A stretch of 64,000 nucleotides of DNA. Source: Atractiella rhizophila (taxonomy: Eukaryota). The stretch is taken from the NCBI GenBank assembly GCA_021432655.1, contig MU271268.1:1-64000 (forward strand), read 5' to 3'. The position numbers were made by a program, and so were the translations under genes. Below are positions 38,653-52,062 of the stretch, piece by piece. Under the pieces are notes generated by a model. It saw only the letters and a program-made list of their open reading frames with translations. It was not told the DNA's origin and did not search any database. How positions within the stretch are numbered: position 1 is the first letter of the stretch; each line of letters starts with the position of its first letter.

Positions 38653-41600
38653 CTAACCGCTGCACCTAATCACACTAAATCAGCCTTTATTCGTTCCAAA
38701 GTGGGAAATGCTTACATCATGCAAGCCTCCTTGTTCTCAATCGAGCACAACAGTTTGGCCTCTTCCAATGCGCGTTGCTCGGCTTTCAACTTCGCCTCTT
38801 CGAACGACAGGACTTTCTCAACAATCGCGGGCTTCTCTGTGTAAGCCGGTGCTGGTGCTTCATCATCCGAGTTATCGGGAGATGGCAGAGCGGGTTGAAT
38901 GTTGAGGGGAACGGTAGGTTTGGGTCGAACGAACGGAGTGAATCCGTTGACTTTGGTGGAGGCGGCGGAGATCGTTGATGCGACCGCTACCTTTCCACTG
39001 CTGGAAGACGCTGAAGTCTTGCCCTTCACTTGCTCCGTGATCTTCGCATCAACCGTAAACTGGATAGCGGCAGCAGCAGGTTGGGTTCGAAGGTAGTACT
39101 AAAGTCAAAGTCAGCGGAGAACGAGGACATGAGGCAGGGGCATACCATGCCAGTCTTGAGTCCACGTTTCCATCCATAAAAGTGCATACTGGTCAATTGA
39201 GCCATCGAAGGATTGGCCAAATGAATATTCAAGGATTGAGACTGATCGATGAAGGCTCCCCGGTCTGCAGCCAAATCGATAACAGCCTTCTGAGAAATCT
39301 CCCAGACTGTCTTGTATACTTGCTTCAAATCGTCAATATCAGCACTGGAGGGTGATTAGTCAGGATGCAGAGTGACGAGGAGAAGAACGGACATAGGGAG
39401 GTTCTGGATAGAACCGTTATTGGCAATGATCATGTTGCGAATTTCATCGTTCCACTTCTTTCTCCTGACCAGTTCCTTGAGAAGCCAGGGATTAACCACC
39501 TGGAACTCGCCGCTAAGAACTCGCCTGGTGTAGATGTTTGAGGTGTAGGGTTCGAAGCATTCATTGTTCCCCAGAATTTGAGAGGTAGAAGCAGTAGGCA
39601 TGGGTGCGACCAAAAGCGAGTTCCTCAGTCCGTGCTCAGCGATCTTCGCCTTGAGGCCTGCCCAATCCCAAAGCTCCGTTGGCGTGACACCCCATAGGTC
39701 GTATTGCAGTTCACCCTTGGAAGCGGGTGAGCCCTCGTATGTGGAATACGAGCCTTCCTCCTTCGCTAATTCGCAGCTAGCTTCCAACGCGGCGTGATAA
39801 ATAGTTTCGAAGATCTGCTTGTTGAGTTGACGAGCTTGAGGAGAGTCGAAAGCGAAATTCATAATCATGAAAGCATCGGCGAGGCCTTGGACACCCAAAC
39901 CAACTGGGCGGTGACGCATGTTCGAATTCTTCGCTTCCTGAACAGGGTAGTAGTTGACGTCGATAACTTTGTTCAGATTTCGGGTGACGACCTTGGTGAC
40001 CTCGTGAAGTTTCTCAAAGTCGTATTGATCGTAGACAACGTTGTCTTCCTCATCTCGACGTCCCACACAGAATGTGGGAAGAGCGATGGATGCAAGATTG
40101 CACACAGCACTAACTATAGGTCAGCTTGGTCGTAGAACGGAGAACTGTCGCATACACTTCATCAGGAGCACAATATTCAATGATTTCGGTGCAAAGATTG
40201 GAGTTCTTGATCGTTCCTAAGTTCTTCTGGTTCGACTTGCCTGCAAACGTGATTAGTGTACAGCATGAACCACCGAGGAGCAGCAGACTGACGATTGGCG
40301 GAGTCCTTGTAGAGCATGAACGGGTTCCCAGTCTCGATCTGCGCCTCCAGAATGGCGTACCAGAGTTTCTGAGCCTTGATTGTCTTCTTCGCCCTTCCTT
40401 CTTTCTCGTATTTCGTAAACAAGACTTCGAATTCATCACCATAAACATCTGCTAATCCTGGAGCCTCCGCAGGACAGAACAGCGGCCAGTCCGCATTCTG
40501 CTCCACCCTCTTCATGAATAGATCTGGGATCCACAAAGCGTAGAAGAGATCTCTCGCTCGAACCTCTTCTTTCCCATGGTTCTTCCTCAAATCTAGAAAC
40601 TCGAAAACATCCGCATGCCAGGGCTCGATATAGATCGCGAAAGCACCAGGACGCTTGTTTCCTCCTTGGTCCACATAGCGAGCAGTGTTGTTGTAAACTC
40701 GAAGCATGGGAACGATGCCGTTCGAGTACCCATTCGTTCCTGCGATATAAGATCCAGTGGCACGAATGTTGTGGATGTTCAGACCAATTCCTCCCGCCGT
40801 CTTCGAAATCATCGCACAAGTTTTGAGAGTATCGTAGATCCCCTCAATCGAATCTTCTTTCATACATACGAGGAAACAGCTGGACATTTGGGGATGGGGG
40901 GTACCAGCGTTGAAGAGTGTAGGAGAGGCGTGAGTGAAGTACTTCTCCGACATCAGGTTATAGGTCTCGATGACCTTCTCGATGTTTGATCCGTGAATGC
41001 CAACCGCAACACGCATGAGCATGTGCTGGGGACGCTCCGCAACCTTGCCGTTGATCTTGAGAAGATAAGAACGCTCGAGGGTTTTGAACCCGAAGTAGTT
41101 CTGCATCACCTGTTAACACAAGGCGGTCAAAACAGCAAGAAGACACTAACATAGGTGAAATCTCGTTCGTAAATCACAGCTCCATTGAGCTCTGATGCGT
41201 TAGCCATCACGACATCGTAGGTTTCCTTCGAAATCATGGGCGAAGGACGACCATTCTTAGGGTTGACTACATGACAACATATTAGGAATGGATGAGGAAC
41301 TGTCACTATACGAACCATAATTGAACAAATCATCAATCACTTGACTGAACTGCTTCTTGGTCTCCTTGTGCAAGTTTGAAATAGCGATACGGGCAGCGAG
41401 GACTGCATAGTCGGGATGTCGCGTGGTCATGTAAGCGGCGGTCTGCGGATGCGTCGCTCAGACAGGTAACGAGCACGAAGGAAATGCAAACCTCAGCAGC
41501 CAAATTATCAAGTTCGACGGTCGTCACTCCAGCATATACACCGTTAATGACTTTCTTTGTGATCTGTCAAAGTGCTCAGTCAGCACAGTGGTACACGCGC

Positions 41601-41968
41601 AGAAAACAAGACGCGTTTTGGTCGCGCCGAAAACTCCACAAAAAGCACTGTCCCTTCCCAACAATATAAACAGGACTGCCTCACCTCAATTGGTTCAACG
41701 TGATTAAGGTCCAATCCATAAGATAACTTGTTTATCCTCGCCGTGATTTTGTCGAAAGCAACGCGTTCCTGACGTCCATCTACACGATTCCAAAACAAGC
41801 AAAAAGGCGCGAAAGAGCACGGTTAGTGATTCACAAACAACTTTCGCGCGAAGACACAGCTCACCTCTCTGTTGACCGTGACGCGAACAAGGTGCGAAAA
41901 AGATGAAAGTTAGTGACATGAGACGCGTCAGAAAGTAAACGCACCTTGTAGACGAACATCTGAGACAT
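38653..41968 (-). CDS. RNR1: Ribonucleoside-diphosphate reductase large subunit
   Basis: [24 protein letters not shown] (ATP cone), [40 protein letters not shown] and C-terminal CMMCSG*. Confidence 0.98.
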
Positions 41969-43830
41969 CTTGAGGAGTTACCGTGAGATATTGCACAAAC
42001 TGATGAGTAGCTAGCGTGTTTGGAAGTGGTGGGAGTTGGGAGAAAACAGGACGTGTTTTTGAGTTTTAAGGCAGCGTACATAGGGTTAGGGCTCAGAAAA
42101 CAGAATCGGATTTGACTCCACTAACGCCGAAGACACTGGAACGACGCGCTTTCAAAGTATAAACTTTCGCGGTGCGCGTCACAACAAAATTTTATAGTTT
42201 TCCCAAGGTTTTCCATAAAGTTTTCCTGTACAGGATTGAGCTTGCACAGGATCAAATGCAGGAGATGCCCATGACTCAGGTCGAATCATGCTCCAGCCCG
42301 GCCACCGGGCCGAGGTCTTCACGTTCGATCACATTTCTTCGACCAAGACCCTCATACACTCCACTCAGGCTGAAGCAACCTGCTTTGAGGGGCATTTTCG
42401 AATCGTCTTTCCTGCGAAATAGTTGGTCTGTATCAATATTCAGACAGGGTAGAAGCTTTTTGGTGAAAAATTCAACAAGATTCCGGTTTAGTCGGGGTGA
42501 GCATCTTTTCAGCTACTTGGCAGTGGTCAAAGGGTTTGGTAACAATGAAATCTCCTCTTGGTCAGACATTCTTACTTCGGAATGCCTCTTCCTCGACGCA
42601 TATTTCCGTTGCGGAGGACATTTCGCACCGCAGCGTTCACTGTAGCTGCCGCTTCAACGTCATACGCTGCCTATTCCTTCTTCTCTCCGCATATCCCTCA
42701 GGATGAGGACACGATTTCCGAGGAGCAGGCGCGTAGCCTCTACTACTCCCCTCCTCCCAACGGCATTGCTCTAGACACTCCCCATCCGAGCAATACCCGA
42801 CCATCACTTTTCTGGACGCCGCCAACGAAAGAGCACGGTTAGTGATTCACAAACAACTTTCGCGCGAAGACACAGCTCACCTCTCTGTTGACCGTGACGC
42901 GAACAAGGTGCGAAAAAGATGAAAGTTAGTGACATGAGACGCGTCAGAAAGTAAACGCACCTTGTAGACGAACATCTGAGACATCTTGAGGAGTTACCGT
43001 GAGATATTGCACAAACTGATGAGTAGCTAGCGTGTTTGGAAGTGGTGGGAGTTTGGAGAAAACAGGACGTGTTTTTGAGTTTTAAGGCAGCTAACATAGG
43101 GTTAGGGCTCAGGAAACAGAATCGGATTTGACTCCTCTAACGCCGAAGACGCCTGGAACGACGCGCTTTCAAAGTATAAACTTTCACGGTGCGCGTCACA
43201 ACAATCTTTTATAGTTTTCCATAAGTTTTCCTGTACAGAATTGAGCCTGCACGGGATCAAATGTAGAAGATGCCCATGACTCAGGTCGAATCATGCTCCA
43301 GCCCGGCCCACGGGCCGAGGTCTTCACGTTCGATCGCATTTCTTCGACCAAGACCCTCATACACTCCACTCAGGCTGAAGCAACCTGCTTTGAGGGGCAT
43401 TTTCGAATCGTCTTTCCTGCGAAATAGTTGGTCTGTATCAATATTCAGACAGGGTAGAAGCTTTTTGGTGAAAAATTCAACAAGATTCCGGTTTAGTCGA
43501 GGTGAGCATCTTTTCAGCTACTTGGCAGTGGTCAAAGGGTTTGGTAACAATGAATCTCCTCTTGGTCAGACGTCCTCACTTCAGAATGCCTCTTCCTCGA
43601 CGCATATTTCCTTTGCGGAGGACATTTCGCACCGCAGCGTTCACTGTAGCTGCCGCTTCAACGTCATACGCTGCCTATTCCTTCTTCTCTCCGCATATCC
43701 CTCAGGATGAGGACACGATTTCTGAGGAGCAGGCGCGTAGCCTCTACTACTCCCCTCCTCCCAACGGCATTGCTCTAGACACTCCCCATCCGAGCAATAC
43801 CCGACCATCACTTTTCTGGACGCCGCCAAC
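41811..43830. repeat. ~1-kb tandem duplication of the RNR1/GUT2 head-to-head region (41811-42826 / 42827-43830)
   Basis: Both units start GAAAGAGCACGGTTAGTG and end TTCTGGACGCCGCCAAC. Few SNPs and indels. Confidence 0.97.
42582..42842 (+). pseudogene. Truncated 5' duplicate of GUT2 (targeting-peptide region only)
   Basis: MPLPRRIFPLRRTFRTAAF...LFWTPPT is identical to the GUT2 N-terminus, followed by KEHG* across the junction. Confidence 0.85.
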
Positions 43831-46290
43831 AAGACAGCAGATGATTCGCGCGCTCAAAGCTTCCTCAGTCGTCAGCCCTTCAGAAGAGTATGGTGATCCT
43901 TCTTCTTGGTTCAACTTCAGCAGTACATCCCGAGAGGAATCGACCAAGAAGCTGGCGGAACAAGAGAACGAGTATGATCTTCTGATCATCGGAGGAGGGG
44001 CCACCGGGGCAGGAACAGCTTTGGACGCTGCGAGCCGGGGACTGAAGGTCGCAATGGTGGAGAGGGACGATTTCAGCAGTGGGACGAGCTCAAAGAGCAC
44101 AAAACTAGTGCACGGAGGAGTGCGATATCTTCAGAAAGCCGTTTTTGAACTCGATTACGAGCAGTACAAGCTTGTCCGAGAGGCTTTGCATGAGCGCAAA
44201 ACGTTCCTCCACATCGCACCTTATCTCAGTCACCAGCTGCCAATCATGCTCCCCATCTACAAGTACGTCTATTGATTGACAATGTGCACGCCAGCTCAGC
44301 TGATGCCGCTGAAGATGGTGGGGCGTGCCGTACTACTGGTCTGGTTGCAAGATGTACGACATACTCGCTGGGAAGGAGAACATGCAGTCATCCTATTTTC
44401 TTTCAAAATCACGAGCTTTGGAGCAGTTTCCTATGTTAAAGAAGGATAGCTTGGTGGGAGCTTTGGTTTATTATGATGGTACGGCTGTCCTCTAACTTGA
44501 GTTATTCAACTAATCCAACTTCATCTAGGTCAACATAACGACTCTCGCATGAATATGGCTCTCGTTTCGACTGCTATCCACCATGGCGCCGTAGCCGTCA
44601 ATCACTGCGAAGTCGTCCAGCTGCACAAGAAACCCAATGAAGTGGGCGAGCTTAAATTATGTGGCGCTCGAGTGAGGGATGTGTTTACAGGCGAAGAATG
44701 GGATGTCAAAGCAAAAGTGAGTACGAATCCGCATCACATCGCCCACTCATGAGTTGATAGGGTATCATCAATGCGACTGGACCGTTTTCAGACGGCGTCC
44801 GAAAGATGGATGACCCGTCCTGCATGGAGATTGTTGCTCCCTCGAGCGGTGTTCACATCACTCTACCCAACTACTATTCCCCTGGGAAAATGGGTCTCTT
44901 GGATCCTTCGACCTCCGACGGACGCGTTATCTTCTTTCTGCCTTGGCTGGGGAACACAATCGCAGGCACGACGGATGCTCTGACGACTGTGGAACAACAT
45001 CCTATACCTCAAGAGAAAGAGGTCGACTGGATCCTTGACGAGGTCAAACATTACCTCAGTCCCGATATCAAGGTCAGGAAAGGCGATATCCTCAGTGCTT
45101 GGAGCGGTATTCGACCTTTAGTTCGTGACCCAGACGCGAAAAATACAGAATCCTTGGTCAGAAACCATATGATCAACCTCTCACCATCAGGACTGCTCAC
45201 AATCGCAGGAGGGAAGTGGACGACATACCGAGAGATGTCGGAGGAGACGGTGGATGCAGCACTCAAAGCCTTCAAGCTCGAGGCTCAGCGTTCCTGTCAG
45301 ACGAAGGAGATCCAACTGCTAGGATCACATGGATGGTCGAAGCTGATGTATATCAAGCTTATTCAACAGTTCGGTCTCGAAACAGAAGTAGCCAAACATC
45401 TAGCTGACACCTATGGCGATCGAGCCTGGACGGTTTGCTCCATGGCCAATCCAACTGGAAAGCGATGGCCCGTCCATGGGACGAGGATAGATCCCAATTA
45501 TCCCTTCCTTATCGAAGAAATCATCTACGCCGTTCGCAGGGAATTTGCCGCTACTGCCACTGACATCATTGCGCGTCGTACTCGCCTCTCCTTCCTGAAC
45601 GTTCAAGCCGCGCTTGAAGCTCTGCCAACTGTGATCGAAGTCATGGCAGGCGAGCTTGGATGGGACAAGAAGCGCCAACGTAAGGAATTCGAAGATTCTC
45701 GCGATTTCTTACAATCCATGGGATTGCCGACCTCTCTCCAGAATGTAACTTACGATCAAGTCAAGTCGGGAAGCTGGAAGAAGACGGTCACTGAGCAGAA
45801 CTTGAGCATCAGCAGAGCATTGTTCAGTCATGACGAGATGGAATATCTCGTCCGAAAGTTCAAGGACTTCGATGTGGATAACGATGGCCGAATTAGCACA
45901 AAGGATCTTGAAAAGGTGATGAGCCGCATGGGATTCACGGACTTGACGAAAGTAAGCGGTTATTACCCTTTCCACAATAGGTACTAATGGGCGGCATTAG
46001 GAAAAGCTGGAGAATATCATCAAGGAGGTTGCTGGTCGAAGTGAAGGCACTCTTCAGTTCAAAGAGTAAGCCGTATCTCGTTGGAGAGTATGCTTCTAAC
46101 GAAATCGCTTAGCTTCTTGGATATTGCTGCTGGAGTGAAGGAAGTGCATCTTCACAGCGCGTTCTCACGCCTTATGAAGGACTACAAAACAGATGATTCG
46201 ACACCGGACCCAAGCTCGGATGAGAAGGACAAGAAGCAGCAGTGGTTTGGAAAGCGGATTCCTGTCGAGCGAAGCGGTGGAGGAACTTAA
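43586..46290 (+). CDS. GUT2: Mitochondrial FAD-dependent glycerol-3-phosphate dehydrogenase with C-terminal EF-hand
   Basis: DLLIIGGGATG, GTSSKSTKLVHGGVRYL, TSDGRVIF, WSGIRPL, AGGKWTTYR and DVDNDGRISTKD. An alternative in-frame ATG lies at 43550. Confidence 0.97.
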
Positions 46291-46467
46291 TTGACAATCG
46301 GAGCTCAAAACCGCCACTTCAATCAGAATGTTGAAAAATGCAGCAGTTTGGTGAGAAGTGAAGCCGATTCTATGTTTTGTTAGCACGTTAAATTTATGCT
46401 AAGTACACTTGTACTAATAGACAACTCAGACAGTAAACCATGAACAGCAACACACAAGGCAAGCACT

Positions 46468-48789
46468 TCAAGCAGCAATATTTTGTATCCATTCCTCGCT
46501 AAGTTCCGACACACGTGTTGAATTGGAGGAACTTCGAAACTTTTCTAAACGTACGAAAGCCCTCTGTACCGTCTTCAATGTCTCTTGATATGTCCCTCCG
46601 ACTTCGACAAACTTCACTAGATCATACCACCTCGACGGGCCCCCTATTTGAATTGAATCTTCGATTGAGCGCATCATGTATCCAAGCGTGCGCGATATGA
46701 GCATAAAAGAGAAAGAGCCCATGGGGAACAGGGGAGATGTATTGATATCAGAGGGAAAGGAGTCCGACAAGAGCAGCTGCAGTGCTTCTGGGAAGGTTGG
46801 CGGATGCTTGTACGTTGGACCACCGGCAGCCCAAGCTGTGGGGCAGACAGCGTTCCATAGATCGTCATGCGCGGGAAGGGTGAGGCTGAGCTCAGCGAGG
46901 GGAAGGAGAGGGGCCTGTTCGAAGCGCAGAGCGCACTCTAGGTCGCTAAGCCAGACGAGGAAAGCGGCGCGACGCCACGTTTCAACATCGATCCAGTTCT
47001 TCCAGCGTCGCTCCAAATCAGTGTTGGCGAATGTATAGAGAGGAGGGAGAAACTCGTTTTCTTGTTTCTTCACCATGGCTATTAGGCCCAATTGGCGCAT
47101 CATCATGACCTAAACTGTTGTCAGCTTTCGGAATCTTACGCCGACAAGACCTACCGCGGAGCCGTGAAATGTATGACCCATCGACCTATGATGTGCCTCT
47201 CTGTGTCCAAATCCGACGAGTTGGTAGACCAACAATGCTTGCAGAGAAGCGAACTTGACAGCAAAACTCGTTCCTGGTGCCGAAAAGTCGCGCACCATAT
47301 ATATTCGCTTCTCAGTTAACATCTGATCACCGAACAAGCTGCCTTCTGGTGTCGCGGCCAATAATGCACCTGGTTTGTTGTTAGTTTTAGAGGGCCAAGC
47401 GTGAGGGAAATCGACGAACCCGCGACGGCGATTGCGTACGCTAAATGTGTGTCCATTTCTGCCATTCGCAGACTCGCTCCATGCGCCACAGGGATAGCAG
47501 GGAGGAAAGCGGTGACTGCGAGTTTTGCGTACTGTGAGAGGACGGGGAGGGCAGGGATGGACCATTGATGGAAGGCGTAAGCTGTTGGCATGACATAAGT
47601 AAGGAAACAGAGCCAGAACGACAAACTCGCCTTTGAGAAACTGTCGAACAGGGTCAATAAACATTCATGGGACACGAGAAAGCAAACACACCTTTTCTGG
47701 AGGAATGTAATATTTGCTTGTAACATTGGAGTCGATCCCTACATATGCACTATCTGGCATCATGCAAGGCTCCTTCATTCGAGATGGGGAGTCTGCCGCC
47801 TGTTCTTCTTGTTGCTGTTGCTCTTCCTCCACCTGTCCGCTCACCCACTGTTCCCAAGCAGCCAAAGTCTTCGCTCTTGCTGTCGATGGAGTAAAAGCCG
47901 CCAAAGCATTCATGTATTTCTCCGCCGCCTGCTTTTCTTTGTCCTCATCCGGATCATCACGGCTGAGATACAGGCCCGTCGAACTGAGGTTGAGCAGATC
48001 GGGGGTAAAATCCTCGGGTTGGAACCTCAGCGGACCACTTGGATTCCAATCTCGAACATTGAGGTGTTGATCTGAGCTCGCAGTCTCAGGTGAATCCTCT
48101 GGTGCTACGTCGAATTGTGCCAAAGCGGGATCGCCAGAGGGGTTGAGCAGTTTATCAATAAGGTCTGAGGCGAAGACTCCTCCAGGCTCAAGAGTCTCCG
48201 AGCTAGCGGTAGAAAGATTGGATGTTGAGGGTACATTTGTAGAAGTAAGGAGGCTCGTGGAATCGAATGAGTTAGGAATGAGGAAGTCGAGACTCGCGTA
48301 GAAATCGGCTGCTGTTGGAGACAACACTTGTGGGAGTCCTGAGTTACAGGATGTGCCACCCACAGTGTTTTCACCTTCCCGCTGGGTAGGGCTCTCCGAA
48401 GAGTCTTGATTGCCTCTCGGAGCATCCTTTGCAATTCGGCGCTTCTTTCGCACCTTGACGCTCCCGTCAGGATTCAACGTCGCCTTGCCTGGGCAGGTCT
48501 TCAAGTGCCTTTTGAGAAGATCAGAACGACTAAAGGCAGCCGATTGACATTGAGTACATTCGAAAGGGCGCTCATCCAAGTCTAGATAGTAACAATGAGA
48601 TTGGACAGGATTCAGGTAAAGATGCATACGCTGCAAACGCCTATGCCTCTCCACAAACTCTTTCCGACTGTACGATTTCGAGCAACTACCAAGCCATTGG
48701 CCCTCCCCCCAATTCATGGGATAAGACACTTACTCTGGGCACTTAAACTCCTTTTTTGGTTTGACTTGTGCTGTACTATTAGACAACAT
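46468..48789 (-). CDS. C2H2 zinc-finger transcription factor with fungal-specific TF domain
   Basis: FKCP-CSKSYSRKEFVERH, ERPFECTQCQSAAFSRSDLLKRHLKTC and ETWRRAAFLVWLSD..LPAHDDLWNA. Confidence 0.88.
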
Positions 48790-50650
48790 CTCAACCCCCT
48801 TTCTAACTTTTGACACTTTTTTGAAACTTAATGCCCTTTCTGTGGGCAGAGAGGGGTGCCGAGACTCTGAAAGAAATCGAGTCGTGAGGTCGTCGTTGAT
48901 GAGATCACCGAGTTCGGTTGTCGGTTCGAGGTCTTCATCAACGTGCGTCACTCCTTCGCTTAATCATTATCGCAATTGCATTCTTGAATGTTGCTTAATT
49001 TCACCAGTACAAAATTTGACGAGACTGGGCTAGATTGAAGCCCTCTAATTACTCTATTGTACAAATGGTGTTGAACAATTTGTCAAATTTTGTTGAAGGT
49101 GTGTTCTCCTGTTCTGCATCTTGTTGCCTTGAGTGTAAAACATGCTGGTGTCGTTGGCTTATTGAAGCGAAAGACATCCATTTGGAGCATTGTTCCGTTA
49201 TTTTAGGCGTGTTCAAGTTCTGGGAGGTTCCGCCATTTGTTCAAGGTTACTGTATCCCATGGCGGACCGCCGAGGTCTTTACTCGCAGCATCTATCTCGC
49301 AATTGAGACCTTTTGTAATACAGAGAGGACTTTAGAATTGAGGGATTCATTGTGGAGATGAGAAGTGCAGTGTCCTCCTCATCCCTTCCCGATTCATCCA
49401 CTTACAATCTGTCTACAATAATATTCTCTTCGCGACACGGTCAACAGTGGCAACGTTCCGAAGAAGTCAGCCTCGACGCGGGAGGTGGTTTTCCTTTTAT
49501 TGAAGCTATTTTATATGTTATTGAACGGCTTGCGCTCACATTTTTCGACACCGAAAACCGGTGACTCTCTGATGAAGCACAGCATGAGCAGGATGTGAAA
49601 TTTGCATGATAGGTATGCTCACCATGAAGGCAGAAAAACGACTTCACCACACCAAATTCGATGTAAACAGGTTCCCTTCAAATTTCCTTTAACACACTTC
49701 ACTACCCCGATCTTAGTCCTACCAATGTTTTCAACAACGACCCGAAGGCATCTCCTAATATCGCTGCTGTCCCCAACTGGCAATCCAGTGTCATCGCCCA
49801 ATTTTTTATAGGCTCAAATCCCTCGTCATCTTTGCCGAGATGCTCGCAATCGAACATGGTCGAAATCACTCTCAGCGACTCCCGCGCACGTTGGAACACT
49901 CGGCAAGGAAATGCAAGACCTGGTCGATGAAGATTTGAGGCAGGCACGGTTTCACCAAACGTGTTTGTTACGCCTGAAGCAAGCCAACCGCAACATAACT
50001 GAGGTGCTGTTGATCCAGCAGCTCTTCGTTTCCACGCACTATTCAGGCCCGTCCGGAAACTTGGAACGAACACACGCTCTTTTTCTTGCGACAATATCTC
50101 GTCAAGTTTCGAGACATTTGGTGTAACCTATTCGAATTTAACCTAGGCATTATTCAATTATCACCCGGGGAGCGATCTGGAATCGAAAGAGAATTGGACA
50201 ATGTCAGCCTCAGCGATGGCTTTCGCGCGACTGGGACAAATCTTTGGTGATGGATGGAGGAGTAAAGGAATGGGAATACAAATAGGCACAATCGACTTTA
50301 GAGAAGAGAATATAAAAGCCTCTGCCAGATGCATGCCGAAGGAAAGATTTCTCGTGGGGAGCTTGAAAGGCTCTGACCCTCTGACCATTCCAAGATGGAG
50401 TATACTAGAGTTCAGCAGAAAGCTGCTGGTGAAGATTGTCGCCACGTGATTTCATGAAATGCTTGGATGTAACTAGCTTGTTTACCACTTTGAGAAAAGT
50501 TCGAATGTCACTCGGTAGTAAAACTGCACAAACTGCACTTCTCTAGCTTGTGTGACTCCTCATTTACAGTCTGACTCCTAAACGACGACTTAGCTGCGAG
50601 CTTGGGGCCGGCGCTTGCGGTTCTGTGAAGTTTTAACTATAAGAGCAAAG

Positions 50651-51532
50651 ATGACGGCCTCTACTAAATTTGTGCGCCAGGTAGGTTTCGAGCCGTTCAA
50701 ATTCCAACGATATTCTAATAGTCTGATGTAGGTCTGGGCTTCATTCCTAAAAACGAATGGGCATGATGCTACTTGTTTCCCTAACGTTGGTCTTCTGTCT
50801 GCTCAGAAAGGAACACGGAGCTGACATTCAAACGTACACAGCTTCAAATAATTTCTGCGAAGCCAGGCTACGTCAAAGCATCCCTCAAGGTAGAGCCTTA
50901 CAATGGTGTGTCTCCGCTGTTCCCAATTGGCAGTTGTTGCGTGATAATCAAACACTCTGACCTTGGACTGTAGTCAATCGGCTCGGTGTAGGTTTCTCCT
51001 ACAGCCGTTCGGATTCACCTCATATCTAAGCTCATGCTGTTAGACATTACACGGTGGACTCATAGGGAGTCTGGTGGATACCATGGGATCCTTGTCAGTG
51101 GCATCTAAAGGTCTTTTCATGACCGGCGTCTCCACGGACATCTCTACAACGTTTGGGCTCCCTTTTACTTTTCGGAGGGGATGATTCTGAAATTGTTAGC
51201 AGGTATCTCAAAAGCTCAAAGCCAGGCGATACCATCATCTGTGAGACCTCCTTGCTAAACTTGGGGAAGACCATGGCCTTTACCCGGTTCGTCCTCAGGC
51301 AGTTTTCCGAATTAAGATCGCTCATCCAATCTGCTAGAACTGAGATCACTAACGATGGGAAGCTGGTAGCCTTCGGTGAGTGCCACGACTTTTCAAAGTG
51401 CCTGATGTTGAACGGAGCAAAGGTTCACACACGAAAGCAGTCAAGCCAGCATGGGGTCATCCGAAAAATGTCACCTTCGATGAGACAGGTGACACCGTGT
51501 TGGAGGGCAAGATAGATGAAGACGTGGATTGA
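50651..51532 (+). CDS. PaaI/ACOT13-like hotdog-fold thioesterase with several very short exons
   Basis: NRLG-TLHGGLIGSLVDTMGSLSVAS..GVSTDIS, GKTMAFT and KLVAFGSHTK. Stop at 51532. Confidence 0.88.
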
Positions 51533-52062
51533 TGTGAAGGAATTTCTTCATTTGAATGGTTACGTTGCATCCCTGAAATGAGCATAATGCATGACATTGC
51601 ATCTATTCAGAAAGTGAACAACCTTCACGGACGCAGGTAGGAGGAATTCAAGTTCGAACATGAAAATAAACATGGTCCACGCCACAGTATCAAGTCATGA
51701 AAGCATCGGCGTAAACCAGAGCAAGTCAACTACGTAGTCATAGTTGTCAGCGCCTTTGGAGGGGACGGAAAGGTTTAAAGACCCACCAGGCAACCTAGCG
51801 AATGCAAGGATCCGTCCCTAGCCTCTTCTTCAGGTCATTCATGTCGTGAGAAATGCTATTCGCTTCACTTCTTCTTCTCATTACCTCATTGAACCCCACA
51901 ATGCCCTCATGTCCGGCCCGTGCCCGTAAGCCCATTAGAACCGGGAAGCTTAAGTGACCCTACTTCTTCTTCTTCCACATCCAACAGTTTGTATCTCTTG
52001 CCGTCTTCAACCAGGACCTCAGGTCTTTCCGCTGGTCAATTTCTCCAGGATCAACCAACGAG

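Noticed and set aside
42081..42091. Telomere or interstitial telomeric tract
   Set aside because: Fewer than two full repeats; treated only as a possible factor-binding site.
49035..50449. Short ORFs upstream of the C2H2 factor
   Set aside because: May be a small or decayed gene, but no supportable model was found.
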